A stretch of DNA of 64,000 nt from Hormiphora californensis (GCA_020137815.1 CM035357.1:186001-250000), one strand, 5' to 3'. Positions 35,122 to 50,600 are shown, numbered from the stretch's first letter. The notes: generated by a model not told the origin, from the letters alone. Numbers and translations: made by a program.

Positions 35122-38100
35122 ATGGGTGACATTTTCATTGCCTGTAAGAGGGGTGACTTGGAGCGAGTGACAACGTTAGTTGAGGAAATGCAATGTGAGA
35201 TTAATGTAACCGACAAGTGGAACTCAACTCCTCTTTATTATGCTTGTTTGTTAGGGTACGAGGATATTGTACACTTCCTTCTTCAGTCAGGTACAACATG
35301 TTTCCAAATTCATCATTTTGACATTTTAAACCTTTCCTCAATTTTTTGCCAATGATCATTTTCATTCCACTGGTTCCTCTCGCTACCCACTATACTCACT
35401 ATACTCAGGTGCCAAGTACAATATAGACAAGTTCCACGGTGAGAGATGTATCAACAGTGCTCTAACCGACCAAATAAGGTCAATACTAAAGAACCCACCT
35501 AAGGAGAAAACAGAACCCAGCAGGAACCCGTTTCGAGATGCTATGAGCCAGTGAGTATTATAATTCCCAAGGTGTGCCCCAGGGTAGTGAGTATTCCCCT
35601 GGGACTGAATGAATTCTCTTATCTATACCCCAAGATGTGCCTTTAATCACCAGTTTTATTTGTACATTTCAGTATGCTAGCGGAGGCTTACCTTACATAT
35701 TCTGATGTAACACTTAACATTGGAGGAACAAGACTGTATAGTCACAAGTCTATACTTGCAGCGAACAGCCCTTACTTCTCTTCTGTACTTCAGGGGAGAG
35801 ACAAGCATGTTATCACCTTCAAACATTACAAGGTAATAAGTCTTCTTTTGTCGTTACAGGTGTTCTTATTATTGTAAAAAGTTTGTACCGTGTACTAAAA
35901 AAAATTAATAGTAGTAGCTTGGTATCCATATCAATTGTGTGAATCCAGTAGTTTCGATGTTTCTGATGGTCCACTCGCTCTCTACATGGTTTGATGTGAT
36001 CAAAAGTTGGGATTGACCCATGTAGCTGCTATATTGTAGCAATACATTGTAGCAATATACTGAGAGTGCCATACTATGTCTTCTACCAAACACGCTATGT
36101 CACATGATATCTACTCAGTACTTTTATTACTAGTAGATCGACCCGCCCTTTACACGTGCTTCCACATATACGGGACATATACACGTGATCTGTATAATAC
36201 ACGTGGTTTTAGTCATTTTCTTGTTCTCTCTCTCTCTCCTCTCTCTCTCCTCCCTCTCTCTCTTCTCCTCTTCTCTCGTTCTCTCTCTCTCTCTCTCCCC
36301 TTCCTCTCCTCTCCTCTCTCTCTCTCTCTCTCTCTCCTCTCTCCCCCTCTCCCTCTCTCCTCTCTCTCTCTTCTCTCATCTCTCTCTCCGTACTCTCTTC
36401 CTCTCTCTCTCTCGTCCCTCTCGTGCTCTCTCTTCCCTCTCGCTCCTGGGGTCAGTTTTCGCATCTCTCGCTTCTCCCTCTAACTCTCTTCTCGTGTCTT
36501 CTCCTCTCTCTCTTCTTGATTTCTCGTCTTTCTGCTCTCCGTTTCTCGTCGCGTCTTCTCGCTCTCTCCTCGTTCTCTCTCTCTTAGGGTTCGTTTCGTC
36601 TCCTCTCTCTCTCCCTCACACTCTATCCCTCACACTCTATCCCTGTCTCTCTCTGTCTATTTGACTGACCTAGTGTATTTGTCACACGCATGTTTGTTAC
36701 ACTGTCACAGACTAACACAAGGGCATGGCTAAATTGAATTTTCCTTGATTCACCTATATTATGTATTAGGAGAAAAAGAGAGAGAGAAAAATATATCAGA
36801 GAGACGAATGCATACATCTGTGTGTGAGATGTATTGTTCATGATATTCTATGTCGCGAATATGGTTGAAGCATGTATCGGCAAGGGAGAGCACGGACCAC
36901 GGTCAGAGCATTGGTCTGACAGAGAGAGCACGAACACAATGTGTCCAACACATGAATGAGCACACCCTGTTTCTAAATCAGGAATGGCATTATATTATTG
37001 CCATTATTTCTAAAGAATTCTCTCCTACATTATCCTTCTATTCAACTGTAACTAATCACATTATCATATTGTCAGTGACTCTCTCTCTTGTTATATCACA
37101 CTATCACAGGAAACCTAGAAACATGGATCTAACCAATTCATCTGACACACACACACAGATACCATACACGAAGTCACTATCATCATCTCCATTCTCCCTA
37201 TCTCTCACACACACAGAGTCAGACACACTTACAGACTCCTTACAAACTAAACTTAACTAAATTATTGCTTCCAATCCCTTTCTATATCTCTCACTCTCTT
37301 TTCCTAAACTCTAAATTTATTTCAAAGCAACGTTGTTAAATGTTCATTGGTCAGATAGTTGGTCCCTACATCTCACTTTATATCCAGTCTCTCCCTTTTC
37401 ATCCTGTCCCTATATAGTCATTACTCTAGTCTCTACAGTCTACACCTGCATGCTGTAAACACAACCACACAGCTCTGCTGCACCTGGTTTCAAACCCCCT
37501 CTAGATAAGATGTGTTTCTCAATTCGTCTCTTTTACCAATCTTTAGTATTTTCAACTCACGGCTCTAATCTATTCCAGGAGCTCTACAATTCAGGAGCTA
37601 CTGTCTAATCGGATAATTCTTACTAATCAGTGACCACTATAATTTCAGGAGCTTTGTGTGGGTGCATGGATTGAAGTTCTACGTTACATTTACACGCAGC
37701 AAGCAGTTGTACACCGCCATCTCTATAAAGACTGCCTTCATCTCTCTCGGAGATTGGGTCTGAAGGAGCTTACTGCAGAGTTGCGACAGGGATTACCTTC
37801 GTGTAAGTTAATATGAGACTCAGATATGATCGGAGAACAGAGAATATTTGACAGTAGAATATAATGGTGGTTGATTTATGTACAAGCATAGCATGGAATT
37901 GTGACAGGTCTTTCACAGTGACTTTCACTCCCTGGCTGCTAAATTCTGTATTGCTATCAGGATCTATACTATGCAGTTCCCTTCCCAAAATTAAATAAAT
38001 GTTTCAATGTTTCAGTGTCGAAAAGGGGAACTGAAAAGATAGAAATCAAGCACCCTGTACGGTCTTACTATGAGATATCAGAGATTGCCCTGTCTTCAAC

Positions 38101-39843
38101 AACCGAGGAGGTACATTATAACTTCTAGAATATCTCACGTTATGTACTACATAATCACTTCTAGAATATCTCTCAGAATATCTGAGAACCCATCATAACA
38201 TGCATGCATGTTACACACAGGAACCTTTTTATTCCCCCCTCTCTAAATCCCTCTCTAAGTCTATCATTCTTTTATTCTCTCATCTCACTGTTCCATTTTC
38301 AGAGCCGAAAACCACGGCAGCACTTTGCGGATTTATGTGTTAAAGTTAGCAACCGGAAGTTTTATTGTCACAAGGTACTAGTTGGATTTTTGCCAATTTT
38401 CTAAGTCAACATCATTTTAGTAATTACTAAGCATACCGTGATAGTTTGATTTCAAATGCATATCTTAACCACATGATTCTAGTACCGTTCTTAAAACTCT
38501 GAATGGTCAAGATTGCTTGTCGATAAATGCATGTATACCGTTCCGATTGTTAAATTCTGAAACTATAAAATCCCAGGCCGCCGCGTCTGCCGACCCGCCA
38601 GGCCATCTAAAAATAACCCAATGTTTTCGTTTTCATACTTGGTGAAAGTTGCGCCGCGCACAGGGTCAGCATCGGAAAAATGCCGCGCACTGTTTATCAA
38701 TTCTTGGATCCGAGCCAGAGCCTGCGGTCTCGTGGGGCAGCTTGCAACAACATAAACATCATTTTCAGGCGTTCCTCGTGTCACACAGCCCCTACTTTGC
38801 TGCTCTTCTAGATAACGAACAGTTTACTGAAGTTAAAAGCTCGAGCAGGGGAAATTTGACGTTCATAACTCTTAAAGATGTTGGAGAAGAAGCATTTTCA
38901 ACAATCCTGGGTTATATTTATACTGGCAAGGCAGAGGTGGGTGAACAGTGCAGCACTGCAGTGTGAGATTTTACTTGAAATACTATTCACAGGGAGAAAG
39001 TTTTTAGATATGCAATATGCATTTATCCTGTCCTCGCTGCCGGATAATTCATCCGGGATGAATTATCTGCTCCAAATTAATAAATTATCCCAATATCCAA
39101 ATTTATGTTTTCCCGTCCCCCAGGTAACCAATGAGAACCTTCACGACCTGCTATACTACTCAGACCACTATATGATCAACGGTCTCAAGCTGCTATGTGG
39201 AGAACATTTGGAAAAAGAGATAACAACCCAAAATGTCATCCAAATTCTGGCACTGGCTAGAATGCTTCGGATGACTAAACTGCAGCACTCTGCACTGCGC
39301 CACGTGGCTCATAATTTTGAACAGGTCTGTTCACATCAGTTAACGTTTTATCGATGTTTTACCATTTAGCATTTGGCCTTAAATTTTAATCCCCCTCCCT
39401 CCCTCCCCCGGCTAATTAATCCCCCTCTCTCCCTCTCCTCAGTTAATTAACTCCCCATCACTCCTCAGTTGTTTGAGAGTGTCCAGCTCCGTGACCTACT
39501 GCTGCACGACGAACAGAGTCTGAGAGGTAGGAGGAGAGTGAGAGTGAGTGAGAGCAGTCTTGATGAAGAGGAGGAAGAGGAGGAGGACAATAGTCAGATA
39601 GCTGAGGTATGTTTAGAATTACACTTCAATGACCTATCAATTTATTATCTTGTCACTCTTTCACTAATATTTTACTAACTTCCCTATATCTAGGTACAGT
39701 GTGTGGACATTCAGATGGATTTGAGGCTGTATCTGCGTGAGATAACTAACACTCACGGTCACACCCCAACCGCCCAGCAGAGAGAAGAGTTTTGTGTTGG
39801 GAAAATTGAACAAATTCTGAGGAGTTTACCACCCTCTGTCTGA
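35122..39843 (+). CDS. ABTB1: Ankyrin repeat and BTB/POZ domain protein, copy 2 (apparently complete)
   Basis: Ankyrin exon at 35122 and BTB1 exon ~35673-35832. BTB2 exons ~38302-38373 (FADLCVKV..FYCHK), 38769-38936 (AFLVSHSPYFAALL..ILGYIYTG) and 39124-39324. Last exons 39469-39606 and 39693-39843 (stop TGA). Internal exons at 37.6-38.1 kb are approximate. Confidence 0.82.
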
Positions 39844-40537
39844 TCAAGAACACTGAACACTGAACAGCTGACATTAACCAGACTGTAGTGTGAGACTGAC
39901 TCATGGTGACTTGAAACACTCATATATTACCTCACATTATATCAAGATGCAATCTTAGCACGTTTCAATACTGTGCCTATTATTCACGACCTTTTATTTT
40001 ATGAAAAGAGATGCCAAGAAACTTGATATCCGATAGAATGTACTCCTTAAAATTACTGTACATACTGCAGCAGTTCTACTACATATTCTGTACATGTATA
40101 TCTCTTTTATATGAAATTAATTTTGTACAAAATAGATAAATAGTTGTTGTTTAATATTTTACCCCGGTCTGACCAGACGGAAACGAGGCCCCTTTCTTGC
40201 TCAAGAAAACTCGGGTGGTTTTGGTGTTTTATAAGGTAGTGTTGAACGTTTATACAGATACAATAGACAAATCTGATCCCTGCATCTGCATGGCACTGCC
40301 ACCTAGACGATCTAATCCCCAAGATATACACATAATATTTTACATTTTTCTTAAATAAATTGGAATTAAAACATCGTGGGATACCTTCTCTAAAGTTTCA
40401 GCAAACCAAACCAATTTATCTAAATGTACAAAATCGTCTTTGTTTTTAACACCAAGTACAAGTTCAACATAACAATCCACGATCGACAAAATAAAGAACC
40501 CAAACCCTCAACTAGGGTCCCCAATGGGACTTCATTA

Positions 40538-41661
40538 CTATTTATTGATAACTTCTCTCCTAAGAGCAGCAGCTAGTGCAGAACTCATGGCTGGTTGTCG
40601 TCCCCTTGTTTGGCTGCTCCAGAACCTCTGGTGGGGTAGCACTGGTAGCAGCGGTAACTTGTGCAACCGCCACTCTCGCTGACTTGGGTCGTACCGCCTG
40701 GTTGGGCTGGGGGATTAGAGGGTTATAGCAGAGTGCTTCACAGACACGAACATGTTTTGCTTTAAAAACAGATTAGAAGTCGGAAAAGTAACGAACAACG
40801 AACACATGAATTATATGTAATACGGTGTAGTATGGCATTCATACAATTATACTGATTACTGGGCCTGGGGCTTTACACGGCTACATGGACTAATAATTCC
40901 ATACCTCATGTGTTTTCAGTGTTTCCAGTCCCACTGCCCGTTTAGTGTCAACTATCTCTTGTTTTCTCTGTTGCCAATACACCCTTCTCTCCTCGATTGT
41001 TTGAGGGGTTGGAACCTGATATGGGTAGTAGGGGTATTTCAAGAAAAAGTACCGGTAATCGGAAAACTGAAAAGTAACAATTTAGCCATCACTAGCATTT
41101 GCGTTTTTCCACTGTCAAGCCAATGCTCTGACCACAGTTCTCGCGCGAGAATGGGTCAGGCCAATGCTCTGACAATTTTTCCACTTACAATTTCAGATGG
41201 TGAAGCATCTCCCTCGTCTGTTCTTGCATCTTCCATCCACTTTTGAGCAGCGTTACTATCTTCACTTACCTAGGAAAGGAGAAAATGTAACTTCCCTTTC
41301 TTTTTATGGCATGTGCATGAATCAGAACGACGCGACGTCCACCGCTTTTATTTGAGCTGAGATGCTTGGCTTCATGGCTTGTGTCCGAAACAACACTGAA
41401 ATTCCCACGCCGCGCGGGACAGAAAACAGTGAAACCACTACTTTTGTCACAGTTTTTGTTCCGCGCCCTACAGACACGTCTCTACATGTGGTCTGCGAAA
41501 TCAGCGAATTTACTGCAGAATCCTGTGCTCCCGGTGTGATGTGAACTTTCGACTCGAAAGTTTCGAGCGGAGACAAGTATCTAGGAGAAGACTGGGAGAG
41601 TGTAAGAGATAGAGAGAGAGAGAGATAGAGAGAGGGAGAGAGAGAGAGGGAGAGAGAGAGG

Positions 41662-41693
<32 letters not shown>

Positions 41694-44600
41694 GAGATAG
41701 AGAGAGGGGGAGATCGTCAGACAGCGTCTGAGCGTCAGAGAGATACAGAGAAGGTTTTAACACGCCTGAACGATACATGCTTAACACTTTATACATTCGC
41801 GAGCAAGAGACGATTTAGAGACGTGTCGAGGACCGTATTACTGTGACGTATAGCTAATAAATCATCACTGCTCTCACACGAGAAGTTATGTTGTTCAAGA
41901 TAACTCTTTCGACTAGAGCACTGTCACCAGCATCTCTTATTATTAATAAAATCATCACCACTCACTCATACAAACCTTTGGTGGACGGGTAACTTTTAGA
42001 GGAGGGAGGGAAGACTTGTTTTGTACAGGCTCCTTGATCTTAGGAATTGGTTGGGCTGGCTCAGGTATATCAGGGGAGGGTTCTCGAGCTGCAGGGACGG
42101 GGGTAGGTTCTTGAGCTGGGACTGGTGATGGCTCAGGAGCTGCTGGTGCCGATGGTTTGGGGAATACTAACAAATCTTCTAGAGAGAGGAGGGAGTTTTG
42201 AGTCAAAATAAAGCTGGGTTGTATTACAATATACCCACATGTTACCGTAGCAACTTATAGTTATTACCAGATTGTATTGCTATTTAAGGACTAATGAGTT
42301 AGAAAACAACGATTTGGCAAAATGATAACTTTGGTATCATGTCCAAGTTTCCCTATTTATAGATCTAGGATGAAACTATAGCAGCACTGTAAGTACCTGG
42401 TATCTCAGGATATATTTGGTCGGGTGGAGGGGGTAGCCCACTTCCTCCTGGACCATCAATAATCTCAGTATTCTCCCTTTCTATGTCTTTCAGAAAAGTC
42501 TCACAATCTAATCTAGATTTCTTGAGGGCAGCTTCAAGATCTGCCATCTCCTTTCACTGATCGGCTATCAAACTCTTCCCTCTGACTGGGAGGTGAGTGG
42601 ATTTTAGACAGAAATTAAACAGGATTTAAACAGGATTTAAACAGGATTTAAACAGAATTTAAACAGAATTTAAACAGGAATTAAACAGGAATTAAGCAAC
42701 TAAAGATCAGAACACTCGAGTCTGTGAGGTGGGGATTGGGGTTTAGACAGTAAACTTACGATTGGTATTCCGTTTCGGAGCTGAAAGGAAAGTTATTTGG
42801 GAATTTTGGTGGCAATCAACACACCCTGATCCATCAATAAACCCACCCTCATTTAGCCCACTAGACCTCATTAAGTTTACAATACAAAAAACACCCCTCA
42901 TCAGAAATCATAATACTTTAAATGCCATCGTCCGTCCCACCAACCAATGTTTACTACAACTTCATGACCTCTGCCTCCAGTTCCTGACTGTCAGCACATC
43001 CTCCCTTTATCATCTGTAGTGCTTGAAGGGACAGGGCTGCATTGTGTCGCACCATAATACTTTTAAACAGGTCAAAATTAACCGCCGCAAACACTACTCT
43101 TTAAAATTTTCCCTTAGAGAAGCCCTTTAAAATATAGATAGAGAGATAGACTCTATTAGAGGGTAGAGGAAAATAGCTCCCCTATCTCTGCGGCCCTTTC
43201 CCAATGACCGCGCATTCGTTCGCCTCGTCCTTCTCTCTCGTCTCCGCCCCGTATCTCTATTCTTACTCTACGTCTTTTTCTCTCTCTCTCATTTGTCTCT
43301 CCTCTCCTCTCGCTTTTTTCTTTCTCTCTCTTGTCTCTCTCCTCGCTCTCTCCTCTTGTTCTCTCTCTCTTCTTTACTCCTTCTTTCTCTCTCTTTCTCT
43401 CCCTTCTCTCTCTGTTCCTTCTTATCACCTCTCTTTCTCTTTTCTCTTCTTTTTTCCCCCCCTCTTTTCCCTTTTTTTGTCCCCCATTTGGGGGCGCCCG
43501 GGGCCCTTCTTTTTGCCCGTTATTCCTAATGTCCTTTTTTGTTTTTCCCTTTGGGGAATTTTTAAAGGGAAAAAAGGGGGAAAAATGAACGGGGTTCCAC
43601 CCAAAAAAAGAATTTTTGTCTACCTCCCCAAGTAAAAAAAAACCCCTCACCCTAAAACCCCCTTTTTAAAAACAAATTTAAAAAAAAATAAAAAAAAATT
43701 TTTAAAAAAAAATTTAACCCCCCCCAAAAAAAAACCCCGCCCCAAAAAAAAAAACACGGCCCCCCCACATTTTTTTTTTTTTTTCCCCCCTTTTTATTTC
43801 CCCCCCCCCCCCCCCCTTTTTTTTTTTTTTTGTTTCCCCCCCTTTTTTGGGCTTTTTTTTTTTGGGGTCTTTTGTTATTTTTTTTTTTTTTTTCTTTTTT
43901 TTTTTTTTTCCCTTTGTTTCCCCCCCCCTTTCTTTCCCGGGGTTTCTCTTTTTCCCCCCTTGCTTCCTTCTTTCCCCTTTCTTTGCCCCCTTTTTCCTTT
44001 TTCCCCCCTCCTTTTCTCCTTTTTTTTTGGGGCCCCGGGGCCAAAAAGGGGGAATTTTTTGGTTTAAAACGGGGGGGAAACCGGGGCCCCCTGGCTTTTT
44101 CTCGGGGGGGGTTTAAAAATTCCCTTTTTTGTGAAAATTTTTTTTTGGGGGCCCCTTGGGAAAAAAAATTTTTTTTAAAAATATTTTGTTTTTTGTTTTA
44201 AAAGAAAACAAGTTTTTATTTCAATTTTAAAAAATCCTTTTAAAATTTCACCCTTTTTTTCCCAAATCTTAAACCCCTTCCTTTTCCCAAAACCAACAAA
44301 AAAGGTTTTTTCCCCCAAAAAAATTTTTAAACTGAGAGTCCCCCCCCTCGGTGTTATCAGTTTCTTTAAACCCCTTTCCTTTAAGCAATCATCACTCTTC
44401 TTGTAGCCCTTCCCTTTCCCCTGGTTTACATGTCAGCCCCGGGGGGGGTCTTTTTTGGCCTTTTTTGGGGTTCCGGTTTCCCCCCCCCCCCCCCCGGGCG
44501 GTTTTGGGGGGAAAAACCCAGGGGGTTTCTTTTGGGGGGGGGTGGGGGGAGTGGGGGGGGGGTGGGGGTTTTTATTTTTGGGGGGGGGGGTTTTGGGGGG

Positions 44601-47600
44601 GGGGGGGGCCCCCTTTTGGGGGGGGGGGGGTTTGGGGGGGAAATTGGGGGTTTAAAAGGGGGGGGGGAATTTTTTGGGGGTTTTTGTTTAGGGGGGAAAG
44701 GGGGGGTTTTTTTTTTTGGGGGGGTTTGGGGGGGGTTTTTTGTGGGAAAGGGGGTTTTTGGGGGGGGGCCCAGGGGGGGGGGGGGGGGGAAAAATTTGGG
44801 GGGAAAGGGGTTTTTAAAAAAAAAGGGGTTTTTTTTGGGGTTTTTTTGGGGGGTTGGGTTTGGGGGGTGGGTTTTTAGGTGGGGGGGGTTTGGGGGGGGG
44901 AAGGGGGGGGGTGTGGTTTGGTTGTTTAAAGCTTGTTTTAAGGGGAAAAGGGGTGGGGTTGGGTTTTTGGGGGATTTTTTGGGGGGGCCCCCGGGGTTTT
45001 TGGGGGGGGGGTTTTTTTAATTTGGGGTTTCCGGGCCCCTTGGGTTTGGGTTTTGTTGGGAAAAAAAGGGGGGGGGGGGGGGGGTTTTTTTTTTTTAAAA
45101 AAAGGGGGGTGTTTGGGTTTTTAAAAAGGGGGGGGGGTTTTTTTGGTACGCTGAGCTCTATGATATCCCGGATCAGCAGTCTGCAAGACGTGGTGGGCTA
45201 GAGCACCGCAGAGAGACAGATAAACAGCTTCATAATGATAGGAGTGGGGAATGAGTATTGAGTGGGTGGTGGAGGGGGTTTTATACTAATCCAGGTCCAC
45301 ACACGTGTGCTGCAGTACACCACTCAGTGAGGTACAACATGCAACACGGCTCCTCAAAGGACCGGGTCCTAAATTAGGGGACCCCCATTATAGAATAATA
45401 TAATACTAGAATACTACTATTATAAACCACCCCCCTGCAAGGGTTTATTGATTATTAGAATAATAGATGAGGAAGTTTTGTTTTCTCCTTCCGGCTGGAC
45501 AAATGAGTAGACGTAGATTTTATTGTAGAATAACGCTATCAATTTCGGCGCACAGCACCATCTTCAGGCTATAATATACGGAATATACATGTTAGAAAAA
45601 CTGTACACATACCAATCGTAAAATAAAGATTACTGGAAAATTCTAAAGCTAAGCTAATTTAGTGAAATAGTAAAAAGTTGAAAAACTACACGCGGGACTG
45701 GAAAAATTATAAAACAAAAAGTAAAGACTAGGAAATAAACGGGGTTTAAATAGTAAAGAAATAAGATCAGATAGTGAAATAAGATAGGAATCACGCGACT
45801 GCTCAAAAAGATATCTAGCTAAAAATACTCAATGACCAATATGGCCGTTAGAAAATACTAAAAACGGATAATATTAAGAAATAAGGAATCTAGATAGATC
45901 AGTCAACTCTTCTTTTAAATTAATAGTAGGCTTCTCTCTGTTAATATAATATGCTTCTATAATCTTTCTATATAAGATACGTGACTCTGTTGTAATAATC
46001 TCAAAAATCAAATCAGGTACTGTCTTATTATGAAACTGTTTATAGTGCACTGCGAGTGCCATCTCCGAGTAAGATTTCAACGTAGGGGAGGTGGCATACC
46101 GGAGATGTTCTCCAAAGCGGTCTTTAGCTGTTCTCCCCGTTTCCCCGATGTAGATCTCTTTACAGATGTTACAGGTAATCCGGTATACTGGAGCAGTCAC
46201 CTGGCAGTTCCTCTCCCCCTCTAGCCGTGGACATATTTTACATGATCTCCCCCCACAGTAAGCTGCTCCATTGTCAAGGGGCCGTGAGCTACAGAAGATG
46301 TTACGTAGCTTGGTACCTGGAGTAAATACTGTTTTGATAGGAAGAGAGCGGCTAGAGATAAACTTCTGGATCGATAATGAAAATGATTCAGAGATGTAAG
46401 GCAGTTTCAAAATAACACAGTCCTCCACCTGCTGCTTCTGACCCTGGTACAAACGACAGCTCTGTTGTTGTGCGAACTGACGAGGGTTCTGGTACCCATT
46501 AGCAATCAGCAGGTTGTCCACTATTCTCAGGGATGCCTCCTCTTGTTCCGAATCTGATGCACTTAGCCTCGCTGTGGCGTAGAAATTACGGACAGTTTGG
46601 ATTTTAGTGGAAATAGGGTGGTGACTGTTCGCGTGCAGTGTGATATTCTTGCGAGCCTCCTTGCGGTAGAAACGCGTCTGCACCTCCCCAGATTCGGTGA
46701 CCCGGATGTTAGTACCCAAGAAAGGTACAAAGTCATCACCCTCTGGAAAGTCAACCTCCCATTTGATAAGATGGTCCGGATCCTGCTCACCTATCTTATC
46801 AAAGAAACACACTGCCTCCTCTCTCGTATAACATACGGTACAGGCATCATCAATGTACCGCACGGCGTGCCTGGTGAAACTTTAACACGACCTAGCATGC
46901 TACGGGAAACCACCACTTGTACGTGGTAGCTGAGGGTCTACAGAATGGCGCTACGGTGCGGGAAAAAACATTCCATTGCCTAAAATCTTTTTTTTTACTT
47001 TTATTTGATTTGGGTCAAAATTGGCTATATTAAACGTGGTCCCGAAAAATCCATAATGACTTAGCACACGAAATATGTCACCCCCACCTATTTTTGCACG
47101 TAGAATCGATTGCCGTTGAAGTCGAATCTCTAAAATGACTGTAAAACGGTCAAAAATTGATTTTTTACCATTTTTTGAAGGTTTTTGGCCCCTAAACCAT
47201 TGAAAACGTTGAGATAGGAATTTGAAACTAGTGCCAATCGTTAAAATGGTCATTTTTCTACCAAGAACCAAGTTTTCGTGTGTATCAGATTTATGGTTAG
47301 ATTTGGGCAAATTGTTGAAATCTGCCAACTAGGAGAACCGTAACTTGATTTTCTTGTTTTTTGGATTTAGGCATTTTTGCCAAACTTCTGATTGAAATGG
47401 CCAGTCGGGACCATGCTTTTGTTGTTTATGGGACAATTTTCGACTAAAATCCAAAATTTCATACCAATCCAATAACAGATCGTTGATTTATAGAAAATTT
47501 GCGTAGGCAAAACGGTCAAAATAAGCAAGAAAAGTTGTTATTTTGACCGTTTTGCCTACGCAAATTTTCTATAAATCAACGATCTGTTATTGGATTGGTA

Positions 47601-50600
47601 TGAAATCTTGGATTTTAGTCGAAAATTGTCCCATAAACAACTTAAGCATGGTCCCGACTGGCCATTTCAATCAGAAGTTTGTCAAAAATGCCTAAATCCA
47701 AAAAACAAGAAAATCAAGTTACGGTTCTCCTAGTTGGCAGATTTCAACAATTTGCCCAAATCTAACCATAAATCTGATACACACGAAAACTTGGTTCTTG
47801 GTAGAAAAATGACCATTTTAACGATTGGCACTAGTTTCAAATTCCTATCTCAACGTTTTCAATGGTTTAGGGGCCAAAAACCTTCAAAAAATGGTAAAAA
47901 ATCAATTTTTGACCGTTTTACAGTCATTTTAGAGATTCGACTTCAACGGCAATCGATTCTACGTGCAAAAATAGGTGGGGGTGACATATTTCGTGTGCTA
48001 AGTCATTATGGATTTTTCGGGACCACGTTTAATATAGCCAATTTTGACCCAAATCAAATAAAAGTAAAAAAAAAGATTTTAGGCAATGGAATGTTTTTTC
48101 CCGCACCGTAGCGCCATTCTGTAGACCCTCAGCTACCACGTACAAGTGGTGGTTTCCCGTAGCATGCTAGGTCGTGTTAAAGTTTCACCAGGCACGCCGT
48201 GACCGCCCATATAGAATAGGCAAGTACGATACGTCGGTGTAGAGGGTGGCTCTCTCGAACATGAAAACTCTCACCACTGCTGCTATGGGACTAGGGGCAC
48301 ATCCCATGAATAGCCCCCGGAGTTGTTTGTAGAGGCGCCCATCATACGTAAAGAATGAACTCTCCAGTACCAGATCTAGACACTCATGGACATCTACCAA
48401 CTCTAGACCCCTTAGGTTCAAGACGTCCAAGTGTTCCTCGGCAAAAGATACCAAGGACGATATACATGCCTGTATGTTCAGGTTGGTGTAGAGGGCACTG
48501 ATATCTCCACTGCAAAACTTCTTACCACGGAGAACCTCTGGTGACAGATCTCTGAGCCATTGTAGATGAGTATGGATGTTTTTCAGGTGTGGAGAGACCT
48601 CATCAAGCAATGGACTCAAGATGGAGGTTATTAACCAGGCTAGTTTAGCGGTGGGTGAGCCAATACAGGATACTATGGGACGTACCTTGCATGTAGATAA
48701 GAACTGATCCGGTGATACTATCTGACTAGCGTCGAATTTGTGCGTCTTAATCAGAATGTACATGCACGGTAACCTGGATTGAGTAGTGTGGAGTGCCAAG
48801 ATCATGTCCTTACCCATTTTCCTCCGTATGACGATCTGCTCCCACAGGTTGTTACATTTGCTCTGGAGGGTTTGGGTCATGTTGGTTATCTGGGTTAGGT
48901 ATGTGACAGGTGTCGGTTTTGCAACCAACACCTGGCTACCAGCGTAGTTTCGGGTCGGCTGGACTAGCTGGTACACCCCAACTGAGCTGTCCAGGTGTAG
49001 TTTGGTTAGCTCATGTTGTATATCCCTGGGGGTGACCACAAACTCTCCCCCCTTGTCGGACACTGAGATGTGTAGTTCAGACTTCTTGGCTCTCAGAGAT
49101 CTGAGGCCAGCGGCCTGCTGGTTAGATAGGTTGAACGGTACCCGGCAGGTTGACAGGAGTCGTGTGGCCAGCTGTTGCAAGTTGCGTAGATCGTCCTCTA
49201 TTTGGCAATAGGAGACGGGGGGTGGTTTAAGATGACGCTTTCCAATTGGAGCCCCCTCACTCTGCCATGACTGAATCTGTGTGCATACTGTGGGCCTCTC
49301 CTCTGTGGCAACTTTCCATCTAAGTCTATACGCGGTCGCTGCGATCTCATGGTTAACCTGCTGATGGAGCTTCTCATCTACTCGAGTGGACAGAGAGAAA
49401 TTAGGACCTAGGTCTAATAGCGACTTCTCATCATCCGAAAGCTCTTCCAGAATCGGGGTGGTACGATTCTCCATCAGGACACTAGGTTCCACTGGATCGG
49501 TACATGCGGCAGGGTGCTCAGTGTAATAGACAGGGGTGGCGGGAGGTCTATTACACTGAGCACCCTGCCGCATGTACCGATCCAGTGGAACCTAGTGTCC
49601 TGATGGAGAATCGTACCACCCCGATTCTGGAAGAGCTTTCGGATGATGAGAAGTCGCTATTAGACCTAGGTCCTAATTTCTCTCTGTCCACTCGAGTAGA
49701 TGAGAAGCTCCATCAGCAGGTTAACCATGAGATCGCAGCGACCGCGTATAGACTTAGATGGAAAGTTGCCACAGAGGAGAGGCCCACAGTATGCACACAG
49801 ATTCAGTCATGGCGGAGTGAGGGGGCTCCAATTGGAAAGCGTCATCTTAAACCACCCCCCGTCTCCAATTGCCAAATAGAGGACGATCTACGCAACTTGC
49901 AACAGCTGGCCACACGACTCCTGTCAACCTGCCGGGTACCGTTCAACCTATCTAACCAGCAGGCCGCTGGCCTCAGATCTCTGAGAGCCAAGAAGTCTGA
50001 ACTACACATCTCAGTGTCCGACAAGGGGGGAGAGTTTGTGGTCACCCCCAGGGATATACAACATGAGCTAACCAAACTACACCTGGACAGCTCAGTTGGG
50101 GTGTACCAGCTAGTCCAGCCGACCCGAAACTACGCTGGTAGCCAGGTGTTGGTTGCAAAACCGACACCTGTCACATACCTAACCCAGATAACCAACATGA
50201 CCCAAACCCTCCAGAGCAAATGTAACAACCTGTGGGAGCAGATCGTCATACGGAGGAAAATGGGTAAGGACATGATCTTGGCACTCCACACTACTCAATC
50301 CAGGTTACCGTGCATGTACATTCTGATTAAGACGCACAAATTCGACGCTAGTCAGATAGTATCACCGGATCAGTTCTTATCTACATGCAAGGTACGTCCC
50401 ATAGTATCCTGTATTGGCTCACCCACCGCTAAACTAGCCTGGTTAATAACCTCCATCTTGAGTCCATTGCTTGATGAGGTCTCTCCACACCTGAAAAACA
50501 TCCATACTCATCTACAATGGCTCAGAGATCTGTCACCAGAGGTTCTCCGTGGTAAGAAGTTTTGCAGTGGAGATATCAGTGCCCTCTACACCAACCTGAA

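Noticed and set aside
43130-45150. Gly/Phe/Lys-rich ORFs and G-quadruplex-like runs
   Set aside because: This homopolymer-dominated sequence is typical of low-quality read ends and is not interpretable.
46951-48111. Two identical 125-aa ORFs on opposite strands
   Set aside because: They are mirror images within the foldback TIRs, start at TTG and have no transposase motifs.
49504-49573. ATG starts (MRQGAQCNR) for both Penelope ORFs
   Set aside because: They are read from the opposite arm across the palindrome centre. The true element is 5'-truncated here.
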